A stretch of 63,998 bases of DNA, the filler included, from Thelocarpon superellum (Eukaryota), in NCBI GenBank assembly GCA_026025795.1. It is 5 parts of 5 records of this genome, joined end to end, with 100 filler letters (N's around TTAATTAATTAA, not from the genome) between each part and the next. Parts side by side here need not be neighbours in the genome. Positions count along the whole stretch, not along the records: positions 13,457 to 26,570 come from JAPEUG010000462.1; positions 26,671 to 39,802 come from JAPEUG010000463.1; 3 more parts are not named here. One strand, 5' to 3'. Shown here piece by piece: positions 23,965 to 37,300 of the stretch (the first letter of the stretch is position 1; the number at the start of each line of letters is the position of its first letter). The notes under the pieces are model-generated. The model was given only the letters and a program-made list of their open reading frames with translations. It searched no databases and was not told the DNA's origin. The position numbers and the translations under genes were made by a program.

Positions 23965-26570
23965 TCACGGCGCGGCAAAATCCACGTCGAGTAGCTGTTC
24001 CAGCAGCTTCCCATCATCGTCGCCAAATCCAGCAATCAGAAGAGCCTTTCTCTTCAATTCATTGGCCTGCACGTGTAGAGAGTCGTTCAGAAAGTCAACG
24101 GCCCGGTTGAAGATCGTGATCGACAGCCATTCGAGCTCCTCCACCGGATACACATCACTCGTTACCTTTGCACGTCCATTAGCCCGTCCAATCGAATCGT
24201 TTTGTGGTACACAATACCCCTAGGATTCGGATGACCTGTTCTATGATGTCGTCTGTCATGGGCGCATTGCCGTCAAGACTCATCTGGATGAGACATCGGA
24301 ACCAGCGCGAGAGAGGTCTCAGATCGGCGCCTTCTACAGCGGCCATTGCATCCACCATCACCTGTGACGGTCAGAAAGATGGCCAGCTCCTCTACGATCA
24401 ACCTACGCGGAAGATGCCGGTGATGACTATAGACCATCAGACAGAACATGATACAATGGATGAATCATCTCACCTTCTCTCGGTCCCTCAGATCTGAAGA
24501 GGGCGTCCGCCATCGAGTCGAAAGGCTTGATGGTACCATAAGCCACGCAATCCTATCCTTCCGTTACCTCAAGATCTCCTCCCGGAGCCGGAAACGTTCT
24601 TGCCTTGATGATCACCTCCGCCCCAGACCACTCTCCGAGCGCCACAGCCGCTTCAAAGTCATAGGCCATCAAGACTCCTAGCTTCTTGACAAAATCCCCT
24701 CTTGCCCCTGTCTCCAAGCCCTCTACCTGCTGATCGAATGCCGCACGGAAAGATTCCGCATGTGACCGCAGGGCAAGGTAGGCCCACTTCACCGAATGAA
24801 CCTCCATAAAAGCCCCGAGTCAGACCCTGGACTCACCTGTGGCTCTTCGGGCCCAGATCGACCGAGGACAACAAGACAGGAGACACAGAGAAAATGACAG
24901 AAGCTCCTGCGCAAGGAGAGATCCGCCAGAATTGCGTCGTCCAGGTTGGACGGATACAGGTTCATGAACTACCACCGTCAAGAGGACTCGTGCACATTCC
25001 GATCGATCCTCACCTGAAGGCACGACTCGAGCAGGCGACAAATCTGCCGCGGCTCCCACCCTGCACAGTTTTGGAGAGCGAGGTTGTACCCATTTTGGGA
25101 GAACCAGTCAAGCTCACAGATCGTGAGTACCCCTTCCTTGACGGAGAAATTCTCCCACGGTTTTGCTCGCGCCGCAGCTGTGGTGTGAGTCAGTGTCGTG
25201 GATTCACAATTGAAAGAACTTGCGAATCATTTACCGTCTTCAAAGACCCGACAGAGGCTGTCAATGTGCACCTGACCGCCTTCACGTGTCACCTCTCCTA
25301 GGAGAAGGCGGATCAGACATCTGGACCATGTCAGCAAGAATCTTCAAAGGCGATATTGACCAACCGCATCAATGCTGGCACGTTGAGAGTCGGTGTGCTC
25401 GGATTCGCTCTTTCTAGCACAGTCTGCATCGCTCGAATTACCAACGTCCGCTTATCGCATTGTTGAGCCTCGATGATGCAGGCGTACAACGGGTTCAGAT
25501 CTGACGTCTCATCCTCGCACAACCTCTCCAGACACTCGGCGGCTGCGGCCCACATCAGTGACTGAGAATATCCCAGCTGCAGGAAACGAACCGAACGTGT
25601 CGTCTTGGCTCTGCACTGCAATCTTGAACATCAAATAGGTGGTCAGAGGAAACGCTTTGCCGCTGATCGACATGGAAGCAAAGACATTGCGAGCGGAGTG
25701 ATAGTCTCCTTGAGCAATGAAGCATGAGATCAATTTCCTGCTCGAGATTAGCATGGTCTGTTGCATGCTACGTCCACCTACCTGGAGATCATTTCCCGAT
25801 TCGAATTGCTACCATGGGCGAAGATAGGAGAGAGTGCGATCTGACACCATGCTGCAGCTGGTTCCAACCTGTCCTGCGCTACTTCGGACTCGATCTTCTT
25901 CCAACAAAGCTGCAAGAGTCAGCGCCGCATCGATGCCGACTAGAGGACCTATTACCATCTGAGCGGCATGACTGGCGGCAACACTCATTTCGTCCGTCGG
26001 CAGGTCATCAAGCACCTCGAGAGCCTCTGACATCGACTCATGGCTTGGAGCGTCAAACGCATGAGTGCATATCCACAATCTGCCAATAATGGCACGCTCA
26101 ATCCAGTCGTGGTTCTCTATTTCGAGTTGTCTTGCTTGGATGAAGTCATCGATGGCTTCGCATGCCAGATCCGGACTGGTATCCCGTCAATGATCCTCTA
26201 GCCCCTTGCGCAGAAACACTCACCGTCGCTCGCTCAGCTTGCGTATAAAGTGCATGCTTCTAGGACAATCAGCATCAATACAGGCCTCGAGTTATCGGTC
26301 ACACATTTGAAAGGTCGACTCCGCGACTACTTGCGTCTTGATCATGCGCTGCAGTGCTTCATTCGGTCAATCCTCCATACTTTCGGAGCGCAGGCGATAC
26401 ATTTACCCGCGCACATGTCCATGGGATCTGAATTTGGATCGGTCACGAGGAGCTCCATGTTCAATGTCTGGATCGACAGCTTCCCTCCGAGTTCCTGGTC
26501 AGTCAGCCTCGCTCATTGACGTTGGATTTGCCACCTACACGATCCATCTTCTCTACGAGATCTCGTGCTT
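23965..26570 (-). CDS. SPO22: Meiosis protein Spo22/Zip4 (TEX11 family), 5'-truncated, many introns
   Basis: C-terminal YPVEELEWLSITIFNRAVDF, LSRWFRCLIQ, AYDFEAAVALGEW and TTYLMFKIAV fit the fungal Spo22 TPR-like family. Exon structure only partly resolved. Confidence 0.75.
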
Positions 26571-26670
26571 NNNNNNNNNNNNNNNNNNNNNNNNNNNNNN
26601 NNNNNNNNNNNNNNTTAATTAATTAANNNNNNNNNNNNNNNNNNNNNNNNNNNNNNNNNNNNNNNNNNNN
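26571..26670. other. Artificial contig linker N44-TTAATTAATTAA-N44
   Basis: Identical 100-bp linker. Confidence 0.97.
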
Positions 26671-26950
26671 CCGTCCTTCCCGTCCTCCCATCGTGCTATC
26701 CGTCCATCACATGATCCTCCTTCGTCCCGTCCGTTCAAACCGTTTTGCGTCATCGACAAATCAATCAATCGATCATCCCAACGCCAATCCCAAATCACAT
26801 GCCAGAGCCGCCCGAGTTCCGCCTCCCATTCCCATTCACAATCCCCGCCTCTATCCGCAGTCCGTCCGGTCGGAAGAGATGGAAGCTCTATCGTGATAGC
26901 AACGTATAAAAAGAGGCGACGCAACACGGCGTCCGCGTCGGGTGAAGAAT

Positions 26951-29439
26951 TCATGACGAAATGACCTTGCCACCGCAATCCGGAATCGTGACACCACTCT
27001 TCAGGTTGCGGCCGGCATCCATGAGGCCCCATTTATCTTCCCAATCCTTTCCCGGGGTGTTGTATTGCACCTTCCATGGCTCGTCAAAGGCTTCAAACCT
27101 GCAGAGCCACGTGGTAAGTGGAGGCACGGCCGAGGGACGGCAATCGAGGGAACTCACCAGAAATACTCCGTGCCATTGGCCAGACTCTGACAGATAAAGG
27201 AGTCCATGAAGGTGTTCATCTGGTTGATGCCCGCGACGCTGCCTTCGGTGTCGGACGTGCAATTGCTCGCGCCACAGTCGTTGCCGCCGCCACTGGGCCA
27301 GCCCACTTCGCTGATGATGTTCTTGGGCTTGTTGGCCAGGCTCGCCGCCAGCGCGACGTCATGCGTCTGCCAAAAATCATAGGTCCAGGCCGCCGCTTCC
27401 GTCGCCGTAACCCCAGCAAAGAAGGGGTGGACGTTGGCCATGACAATGTCGACCATCGACGCCAAATCGGCCGTCCAGTTGTCCCCCAGATCCGACGTGG
27501 CGACGGGCAGGTTGATGCCCTTGGCCGTCAAGTTGGACTTGACGCCTTGGATGACGGTGGCTAGCTGCTCCTCTGTCATGTCTTGGCGAAAGAGCACTTC
27601 GTTGCCGACGATGATGCCGACAAAGGGATCGGCGCCGTACTGGTCCAGGATATCGTAGAACTCGGCCATCTGCCGCGTGTTGTCCGTGGCGTTGTTGTCT
27701 TGCCAAACGCCCAACCACACCTTCATGTCGGTCAGGCCGAGCTGGCTGATGGCGTGCAACACCATCTCCGTCTGGTTGCAATCCGTCCCGTAGAGCCGAA
27801 CCCGATTCGTCAGCTGCGAGAGCACGGCCAGATCACGCGTGACGTTGTTCTGGCTGGGCGGCCACTTGAGACAATCCGGGTATTGCGTGCCCCACGGCGT
27901 GTAGTCCATGCCGGGAAAGACCTTGTGGAGGTTGTCATTATTGAGAAGGGCTTTGATCTCGGCCGAGTCTTTGTTCAGGTCGCCATGCCCATCATCCTCG
28001 GCCGCGGTCTGGGGGGGTCCGGCGGAGTCGGCATCGGCTGCGGAGGCCGTACTCTTCCGCGACCCAATCACGCCACCCACCACGGCTCCGACCACGGCGG
28101 CGATGATGATCAGGACGATGGCGCTGCCCACCAGCCACTTCATCCGTCGGCTCCGTCCCTGCTGCCGATTCAGCCAGTCACTCTTTTCGGCCGCGTCGGC
28201 GGCGCCGACGGGACCACTGTAGACGTTGCCGGGACCCTGTCCGTATGGCGATCCCATCCCGCCGATTGCCGGCGACGGTGACTTCCTCCCCAGGAGTCCA
28301 CGTAACGCACCGAAGCTGCCACCCGCGACCGCACCGGCGTCGGCGGCGCCGGCCGCCTTGGGGAGCATTCCGTGGCTCGAGAGGCGGTGGCTGAGCATGG
28401 AACTACGATTGGGCCCTTGCGGTTCCAATCCATCGTCGCCGTCGTCATCAATCTCGTTGGGATCGAAGCCACCAAAGGACGGTTGAGCGAGCCGAGGATC
28501 CCACGTGGACGAGTGGTGGGCGGAGGGTTGGCTCGGGTAGGACGGGGCATCGTTGCTCATGTACCGGCTCGGGTTGGGATAGGCATTGAGGGAAATATCG
28601 GAGGGATGTTGGTTGGAGGAGAATCCGATCGGCGCGGCCGCGTCCTCAAGTCGGGTGGAGGAGGAGTAGGGAGGTGGGTGCCGGGGAAATGATGAGTTGG
28701 AGGGCGCTTGGGATAGGTGGTAATTGTCGTGGGCATCCAGCTCGGACACGCCGTCGTCAGAAGGCAACGGTCGATCGTGCAGGGCACGCAAGCCACTGCC
28801 GCGTTCATTTGTGGCGGCCACATCCATGGCAATGCCGGTGATGCCGCCGCCCACCGCCTGGTGACCCAGATTGTCCATCCCGGGGGTGGTGCTGGAGCCG
28901 GTGCGGATGGAGCTGGCGTAACCAAGTCCTCGACCGTACGAAGTCTCTCGTCGCTCGGTCGGCCGGGCCGGTCCGCTGCGGGTCGGCGAGGAGTAGGCGG
29001 GCGCGGGTGGGGTCGGCGCCGCGGCGCGGTTGTGGGTGGGGGGATCGGAGTTCAGGGCAGCAGGGACAGCGGAGGCACGAGTGGGTGTTCGCTGTTCATC
29101 CCACCGATCCGGAGACTCGACGAGATTTGGTGGTAAGGTCGGTCGGTCGGTAACGGGAATGCGATGCACGGGGGGAGGAGGCCCAAATTCCTGCGGGCTC
29201 GGGGACGGAGGGGGAGGGTGCGTGAAGGTTGGGTCGGCTGGCGGGAGGGGAAGCCGTGGGTTAGGAGCGTGGGTCGTGGAGGATATGGGCGAGGAATTTT
29301 CGTGAAAAGGCGAAGCCGCGACGGGCTCGTGGAAGTAGGGTGGGGCCTCAACGAGGGTGGAGGCGGAGGCAGTGGGCGACGAGGGCGGGTCGGAGAGACG
29401 TTCAAAGGAAAAGGAGCGTCGTAGGAGTTGGGTCGACAT
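26951..29439 (-). CDS. btgC: GH17 glucan endo-1,3-beta-glucosidase, type II membrane (BtgC), 2 exons
   Basis: Disordered N-terminus, TM segment [86 protein letters not shown]. Start codon uncertain. Confidence 0.9.
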
Positions 29440-31377
29440 GGCCAGCGTCGAGGTTTCAGCGGGGCCCTGGGGCGGCACTGGAACGGGCGTGACGTTGCCA
29501 AACTAGAGGGATCCCCCTGGGATTGGCTTGGACCGGGCGGGCACCGGGGGGCAATGCCGCGTCGCTAGTGGCTCAAGGGCCAGGAGCGGAAATGGTGGGA
29601 GTGGTGGGATGGGTGGTAAGTGTGGTGCGCCCGAGAGAGGAACCGACAATACTCATGGAGCGTGATCGTGGTAATTGCTCCAATGCGAGCGCGTCCACGG
29701 CACTGCCTTGACCGTGCCACAACGCCGTTGGGTCTCGCCGGACGTGGGCCCCTCCGCGCGGGTCGGATGTCTCAACAATGCGGCCTCCACCTCCCACGCC
29801 GCGACGGGCGATGCGGTGAGCGTCGGCGAGGGCGAGCTGGGCTCTGGGACGGTGACGCTTGGCGTGTCCCGCTGGACGCCGTGTCGTCCGCCGTACCGTA
29901 CTGGGGGCCGGGGCCGGGCCTGCCTGATTCAGGCGAGCACCACCAATGTGGGACTTGGGATTGAGGCGGCAATGCGATCTAGAGAATGGTAACCACCGTC
30001 GCACCCGGGGCGATGAGGCCGTTCAGTCATGAAGTGATGAAGTGTGTACGTGGGGTCGCAACGACGTGTGATGGAATGGAGTGATTACATTGCGCACGCC
30101 CGGGTCATGAATCCTCCAATTCATCCCCGCCACCGGCGCTGCGGGCAAAGGCGGTGGCTAGGAGGTGGTTGCCGAGGCGACAGGGGTGGGGTGGTGATGG
30201 GCCCGGGCCATCACTACGCCAGACCAGCGCCCGTAGGTACTGGTGCTCGCACTCGTGCACCTCGCTACAGCTACGGCGGACTGCAGGGACGGCTTATTTT
30301 AGAAGCTCCCAGCGACCCTGTTGACGGGGCTGAACATGCAAACGCCATCTTCCCCGCCAACCGAAAAGGTTGTGGAGGCGCATGTCCGTCGCCTCGTCAG
30401 CAGCCAGCCAGCTCGCTCGCCGGGCAGCCGGACAGCCGAGGGGCTTGGTCCATGCATCGCGGCTCTACCATACCCGGACAGATTTGATTTGGTTGCGTTG
30501 CATGCATCACTGGCTCTGATTACTTTCTAGTACGACTGCGGAGTAGTAGGTATGGGTTCCGATGACTGAGGTGAGGTGCATGCAGTCAAGCCGGCCACGC
30601 GCCAATGCAGTGCCATGCCATGTCATGCCATGGGAGCCCTCTGGTCGTCGTCATTGTTCGCAGGGCGCAGCGGGGACGAGCATCGAGCATGCATGTAGGC
30701 ACCAGCACGCAAGTATGGGAGCAGCCAGGACTTGAGATCACTAGTACAGGTAATGGGCATGAGCATGCGAGGATGGTCCGATTCGTACCAGGATGGTACT
30801 AGACATACTAGTACTACTAGGTAGTTCTGGTAGCTGTTTGGAGGCGCCTGGCCTGCGACAAACGAGAGCCTCCTCGACAAATGAATGTCTCGCAAACCTG
30901 ACCGGGGAGCGCCAGCGGAATGAGGTGCCGGAAAATCCCACTGCCCCAGTGCCGTACGAGAATCGTCGCCGTCGACGCGGTCTGCGGCCGGCGATCGACA
31001 GGCCATCTGCCGTTTCACCGGGGGTTGAGTGAGCAGCGGATGGCGCAGGTCCAGGGAGCAGGATGACGGCGGGACCATCGAAGCATTTGGACCACGCTCG
31101 GGAATACGAGGTGGAATGAGAATATGAGCGTACGATTACTCGTGCCTGGGGTTCGTCAAACGCGATAGGAGCCTGCATTTCACTCGCGTCTAGGTCCTCC
31201 TGGTACTCAGTCACGCAACTGATACACCCAGCACTCGTGGTCTACTGATCGGTTGGCAAAATGAGGTAATGCTCGCTACCGCTCCTGGTCGAAGTCTGTT
31301 TGTCTCCTCCAGGTCCCTGCGTCTGGCCCGTCGCGTCCGGGCGTGATTCATTCATCCATTCCTCCTTCTCTCCCTCT

Positions 31378-33213
31378 CTAGGCCAACGCGCCCATAGGAT
31401 CCCACAGGTCGAGCGACCTGGGCGTTTGACGGAGCACGTCACAGACCTCTTTGCTCACAAAGGCGGGATCGACGACGGCCTGGTAAACGAACTCGTCCAT
31501 CCATCGATCCGACATAACGAACCTGCGCCCGTGATCAGCAATGCGCGAGAACCGACGTTGCCGCTCACGCTACTCGTGACTTACCAGCCATCGGTGCCGG
31601 CGGCGGTGCCCCACGAGTTCTGCACCCGCCATCTGACCGGACGCTCTTCCACCAGGTGCACGGCGGTCAGGACCATGGCATGGGTCATGGCGCTCTCTCC
31701 CGTCTGCAGGCGCTGCGACTTGGTCATGCCCAAACGGATGTTGAAACCCAACTCGTAGTCGATCAAGCCCGTGTCCATGACGCCCGACTGCGAGTCGCTG
31801 TACTTGCCGACGTCGCTCCCGAAGAAGATGGGCAGGCCGCGGCGGAGCATGCCGATACAGGCGGCCTTCATCGTCTGTCGTGGGATTATCAGCGCGACCG
31901 GAGCACGGTGGGGAGAAGGGGGGAAGGGGGAAGGGGGAACGAGAACGCGGGACGCGGGACTCACGGCCATGTCGACGTTGACGTAGCGGATCGGATGACC
32001 GCCCACCACGTTGCCCAGCCGCGACACCGTCAGAAGCTCGCCATAGGGGTTTCGCGGATCGTTGACCAGGCTGAAGAGCCGATGCACATCGGTGCCACCA
32101 CAGGCCCTCATCGATGCTGAGCTGGCAAGCTCACGGGCAAAGGCCAGGGGCGTCGTCGTCAAGGTGTGCAGCTTCTCGTCCTTGTCGTAGTAGTCCCAGG
32201 TAAAGTTGTTGTGCGGGCTCGGGGGCGGGCCCAAGGTGAGGGTCAGGATGCGATGGACGTCACGCACCATGGCGTGCTTCACCTTGGCCAGCGATGTGCG
32301 CGCGGCCACGCCTCGTCCGGCGGCGCCGGTGGCGAGTCGGCGCAGGTCAAGGGCATCTTCGCGCAGCTTGGTCGTGATGATCGTGTCGATGGCGCGCGAG
32401 TTCATGGCGTTGAAGGAGTCTGGATACAGAGCCTGCGGCACCAAGCCGTACTTCTCCACCAGATTGGCCACCATGTCCCATTGCCCGCCGTCGTTGACCG
32501 GCGCCGCCAGGAGCGTCTGGACCAGGCGGCTATCGAGCGATTCATCGGCCGTGTCGATGATCTGCTCGAGAAAGTAGTTGGCCTTTTCAATCTTGTCCCA
32601 GAAGAAGAGGTAGGCCTGGGAGAGCTCAAACTCCTTTAGGCCGTGCCGTCGCATCAACGCCACGCGGAAGACGTTGGTCGAGGCAAAGAGCCAGCATCGG
32701 CCGCTGGCGCGCTGGTTGGTGATGGGGGCGCCCTCGAGCGGGATCTTGACGTTGAACGTCTGCGGGTCGGCGATGAGGGCCGAGCGCGACGTGAGCACCG
32801 ACGCCGGGGCGTTGGACGACAAGGCCGCCAAGGCGAGGCGGTTCTAGCGGGGTCAGCTGGGGCTTACGACGGATATAGACCAACGAAGGAACGATGAAGC
32901 GCGACGGGGCGGATCGTTGGCGACGACGAAGCAGCTCCCTCACCTTGGGATCCTCCAACAACTCCTTCTCCCACTCCTGCATCGTCGAGACCGACATATC
33001 CGCCGACGCCGGAGCATCACCACCCTCCCCTCCTGCTTCTCGTCGACGGAGCATCTCAGCACGCGTGGGTGCGACGACGCCCCCGATCTCCAGACCCTTC
33101 CCTCGTCGCGCGCTCTCCTGCTCGAGCTGAAGCATCTGCAGCCGCTGCACCAGCTTCTCGTTCGGCTCTAACTCAGGCGCCGCTGCGCGCATGTTGGACT
33201 GCGAGCTACCCAT
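31378..33213 (-). CDS. LAP3: Bleomycin hydrolase / cysteine aminopeptidase (peptidase C1B), multi-exon
   Basis: ITNQRASGRCWLFA (catalytic Cys), DGGQWDM, MTHAMVLT (His), WRVQNSWG (Asn), terminal WDPMGALA. Confidence 0.95.
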
Positions 33214-33742
33214 CCCAGCGTCGTGCCTTGGGGTGGTGTAGATATGCCGTATGAGTAGATAGAGACCCGTCAACATGGTCTAGATCAACGTGGAGGCAAG
33301 CCCGTGAGGTAGAAGCGGGAGACAGAAACAGAGACCGAGATCGAGATAGATACAGAGACAAAGTCTGTGTCCGTTGACGGACGGACGGGCGTTTGGAGTG
33401 GCACCGTCGTCACAACAGTTACATCCAACTCATCTCCCGTCCTGTCATATGGTATCATACGATATGAGTAGCTCGTAACATGAGTACGCCTCGCTGGTGG
33501 TCACACGTTGCCAAGTCCGTGGTGGCCCGATAAGCCCCCCTTCAGCCGCCCTGCCCCATTTCCCTCCCAGTAGCGTCGTCTCTCGATAGGATCTGTTCGT
33601 GGGGGAGCTCCAAGCGAATGGGGCCACAGGTCCGACACTCGTACTGGATGCAAGGATCACGCACGTCGCTGCGAGGTGCTCATGGCAGAGTTAGGTTCTT
33701 GTACTCGTACTACGATAGAACTACGAGTGCTTCTATTAGCAC

Positions 33743-33878
33743 TGACGCACCCCGGTTATTCCACTTGAGATGGGTGGTCTATTCTATGGAAGCTATCCAT
33801 CGTTCTAATATACAGCTATTGTGGGTCACATGAAGCAGCTTACTCAGAAGCCTCGAGCTCCCGTATGGAGCCTCCACA
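33743..33878 (+). mobile_element. 136-bp TG..CA element (probable solo LTR), copy 1, flanked by GCAC duplication
   Basis: About 93% identical to the reverse complement of 60186-60321; gcac-TGACGC...CCACA-gcac. Confidence 0.8.
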
Positions 33879-34352
33879 GCACGACTAGTAGTCTCACATC
33901 CTGTAAGTTACCCAGCAACAGGTGACAAGTGGCTCTCTAGGGCGCGCTTGGTTGGATCAGTGCCCGCACCCCACACAACCTTGGACGGTACTGGCAATCG
34001 TACGCAGTACTGGACTTGATCAACATCGGAAAATGACCTAACCACGCTCATTCATCTTGTGCATCTGTATGCTTACGTGTATGCATATGTGTACATGCGT
34101 TTCTATCGCACTTCAGAGCAACTGCTCGTGGATGTATGGATTTCTGGATATCTGGATGAGAGGTATCTGTATGAGAGGTCCGCAGAGGATCGCGGCGTGT
34201 ATCGTGGGGAGGCGGGTAGGTGGCCACAGGTGTATTCAAACATGCAAGGTAGGTATCTTATCATATGCTCGCTGAAAAGGGACAAGTCCGCTGGGGCGCG
34301 CGCCGTCAAAATGAGACGGTCGACATGGACATACGCCGAAAGATTCATCGTC

Positions 34353-37300
34353 TCAGTCGTGCAAGCCAAAGGCGCGCCGGAGTCGGGGGAACTTCTTTTT
34401 CTTCTCCTTTTCCTTTTCCTTCGCCTTCTCCTTCTCTTTGCCTACTGCGGGTGTGTTCTCGGCCGCTCCGTGGGTCGGCACGGTGGAGAAGGCGGTGGAC
34501 CGTCGATTGCCCATGTCCGGCCGATATGGCGCCTTCGCGCCCACCGTGCCATCGGATGTGGTGGGTCGTGGCCCGTCGTTGATCGTCGGAGGTAACGGCC
34601 AAGACATCGGCGTCGCACCGTTTGCCGTTGTGCCGTTCGGCGTCGCGCTGTTGGCTATCGTGCTGTTCGCCGTCGGTTTTTTCATCAAGCGCGGTCGCAC
34701 GGACGAGATGGGTGACGATGGTGCGGCGTTCCTCGTCTTCTGGATCTCGCCTTGGCTGCGTTCGAGCGGCGTGTCAAGGCGAGCTCCACTTTCGCCCGTG
34801 GGCTTCTGCACTTTAGACGGATCCTTCCGCCGTCCGAGCGTGCCAAAAAAGGACCGTTTCTTCTTCTTCTTCTTGGACCCCTCGGACGGACCAATGCCGG
34901 GCGAGACCAGACCCGCCCCTGAGACCGGGCGGGCGTCAAGGGCGAGGGCGGAGCGGAGGGAGCCGGTCGCGAGCGCTGCCCCTTCGTGAGATCGTCGAAC
35001 CGCGGTCGGCTTGGGCTGGGATGATGGCGACCGGTCACCGGCGGAGCTGTCGGAGAGCTCCGTCGAATCCCCATCTTCTTCGCCGATGCGCCGGGGGATG
35101 CCGCGGACGGGGGTGAAGAGGCCGACCGCTGCAGGCGGAACGTCATCGTCACTCGAATCGGAGTAGCGACTGCGGAAGGTCCGTCGCACGTCCTCATCGT
35201 CGCTCGAGTCGTCAAAGCGACTGTCCGCCGGCATGGACGTGGCGACCTCCGCCTGTACCTTCGCCTTGGACGAGCGCCCGAATCCGGCGAAACGGCTCGG
35301 CGGTTTCTTGGGAGGCGTCTTCCCCACGGAGCGTGCCGCGGAGACGCCCGAATCGACGGAGCCGCGGAGGGAACTTCGCAATGTGCCCTGGGCCAGCGGA
35401 CCCGGCGGCGTCCACGTCGTAGATCCCGTGGGCGACAGCGACCGGAGACTGAACCGACTCGATCGATTGGGCGCGTTGAACGCGCCCGGAGAGCCGGGAC
35501 GTCGATGTCCTGTCAGGCCCGCGGGTTGCGACGAGCCGCGCATGCTCCGCCGCATCCGGTATCCCGCTCCCGCCTCCGCTCCCGGCGCCGTCGGCGTCCG
35601 GCGTTTCCGGAAGCTGCTGGCCGACGCCGACGATTCGCTCCCATCCGACCTGGTCCGAACGAGCATCGAGGTGACCCGCGTCGGCTCGGGCTTTTTGGCT
35701 TTGTTAGAGATCGGCTTGGCACCGATGCCGCTGGTGGGCACGTTCATGTTGCGGAGCTCCTTGGCCACCGCGGCCGACACTGTCGACTGGGGGGCTGGGA
35801 CTGGCGCCGAGGCAGGTCGGTTCTTTTTGAGCGACGATCTGCCCGCCTTTCCCTCCATCGCGGGTGGAGCCAAAGGGGCGAGAGGCGCGTGAGGCTTCGT
35901 CTTGAGCCGTGCCGACCCGTTCCGCAATGACGGCGCCAGAAACGTCGTGGGCGGGGCCATGGCCGAGGCGGGACGCATCGTGGACTTCATCCCCTCTCTG
36001 TTCCGTTGCTTGATCGCGCGATGGTACTTCTCGTCCGGCCACGGAGGCAGCGCAGGGTCTTCTCGGCCGGCCGGACTAACGAGCGTCCCTGGGGGTGGCG
36101 CCTTCTTCTTCTTCTTCTTGGGCTTGGCCTTGGACGTCTGCACCACCACGACTTCTGGGGTTACGGGCAATGCCGCGCGTTCCATCTCCTCACGCCGCCC
36201 GTCGCTCAGGCTGCTCCAATATGCCTGCGCTCTGCCCCAACCTTCCTCCGCCGCAGGCTCGGATCGGTCGCCGTCGACGCGCACGGGGCGTCTCGCGTGC
36301 GAGGACGCGATGGGGCTCTCCGGAGGGGTGGTGATGGCCAGGCCCGGCCTCGTGTCACGCACGGGACTCTCGACCACGGCGTCGATGGACTGGAAGCCGT
36401 CCCCATCGACGGTCTGGAGGTCCTCGGCGGCATCCGTGAAGACATTCGCCTCGTCGGACTCGTCGCTGCTATCCTCTTCCTCGTCCACGGGGTCTGTCTG
36501 CTGCCGCAGGACCTCGGCCACTTCTCCGACCACCGGAAGGCCTGCGTCGTGCTGGTGGATGGCGCTCCCCTCGGGCGTTGGCTCCGCAATGCCCGTCGAC
36601 GCGGGAGTCGGTTCGCCTTCAGACAGTCGGTTCGCGGCACCGAGATAGTCTTCTTGGGCCGCGGCCTTATCTAGCGTAGGCGTCGGCTCCTGGAGCGCTA
36701 TCGACGGGACCGCGGCCTCGTCCTCCACCGCCTGCTCATCTGAGCCAGCGGTGACCCCCTTCAGGGGTACGGTGGTCTCGACCGGGTGCGACGGGTCGGA
36801 TGCGCCCTCGTTGCTGTAGAGGCTCTCCTCGTCGGAGACCTGACCTGATCCCTCGACCGACGTGACCTGGGGCGGCAAGGGCCGTAGGTGATCGTCCACC
36901 ACGGGCGCTTTCATCGAAGGCGGTCGTTCAGAGGCCAGATCGTTGGCCAGAATACCCCCGATGACTTGGTCGGTAGGCATGCCAACCCCCTCGCTGGTTG
37001 GCGGTGTGGACGTGATTGTTGCTGGGGCGGACGGCGGATCTCGTAAGTACTTGTCATTTTGCTCATCGCCCTCGTCACGAGACTTGCGCTGGCGGACGCT
37101 GCCAAAAGATGGGAGCGTCGGCAGTGGCTCCAGCACCTCGTCCCCTGCCTCTTCCTCCGCCGCCGTCGCCGTCCCCGTCGCCGCGTCCGATCTGTCGACG
37201 GGACTCCGGTCGGGCAGCAGACCAGACCATCGCTTGGATGTTTCCTTGTGCTGCGGACTCAGCATCTGATGGGAGACCGGGCTGCCCGGAGAGTTGGCGC

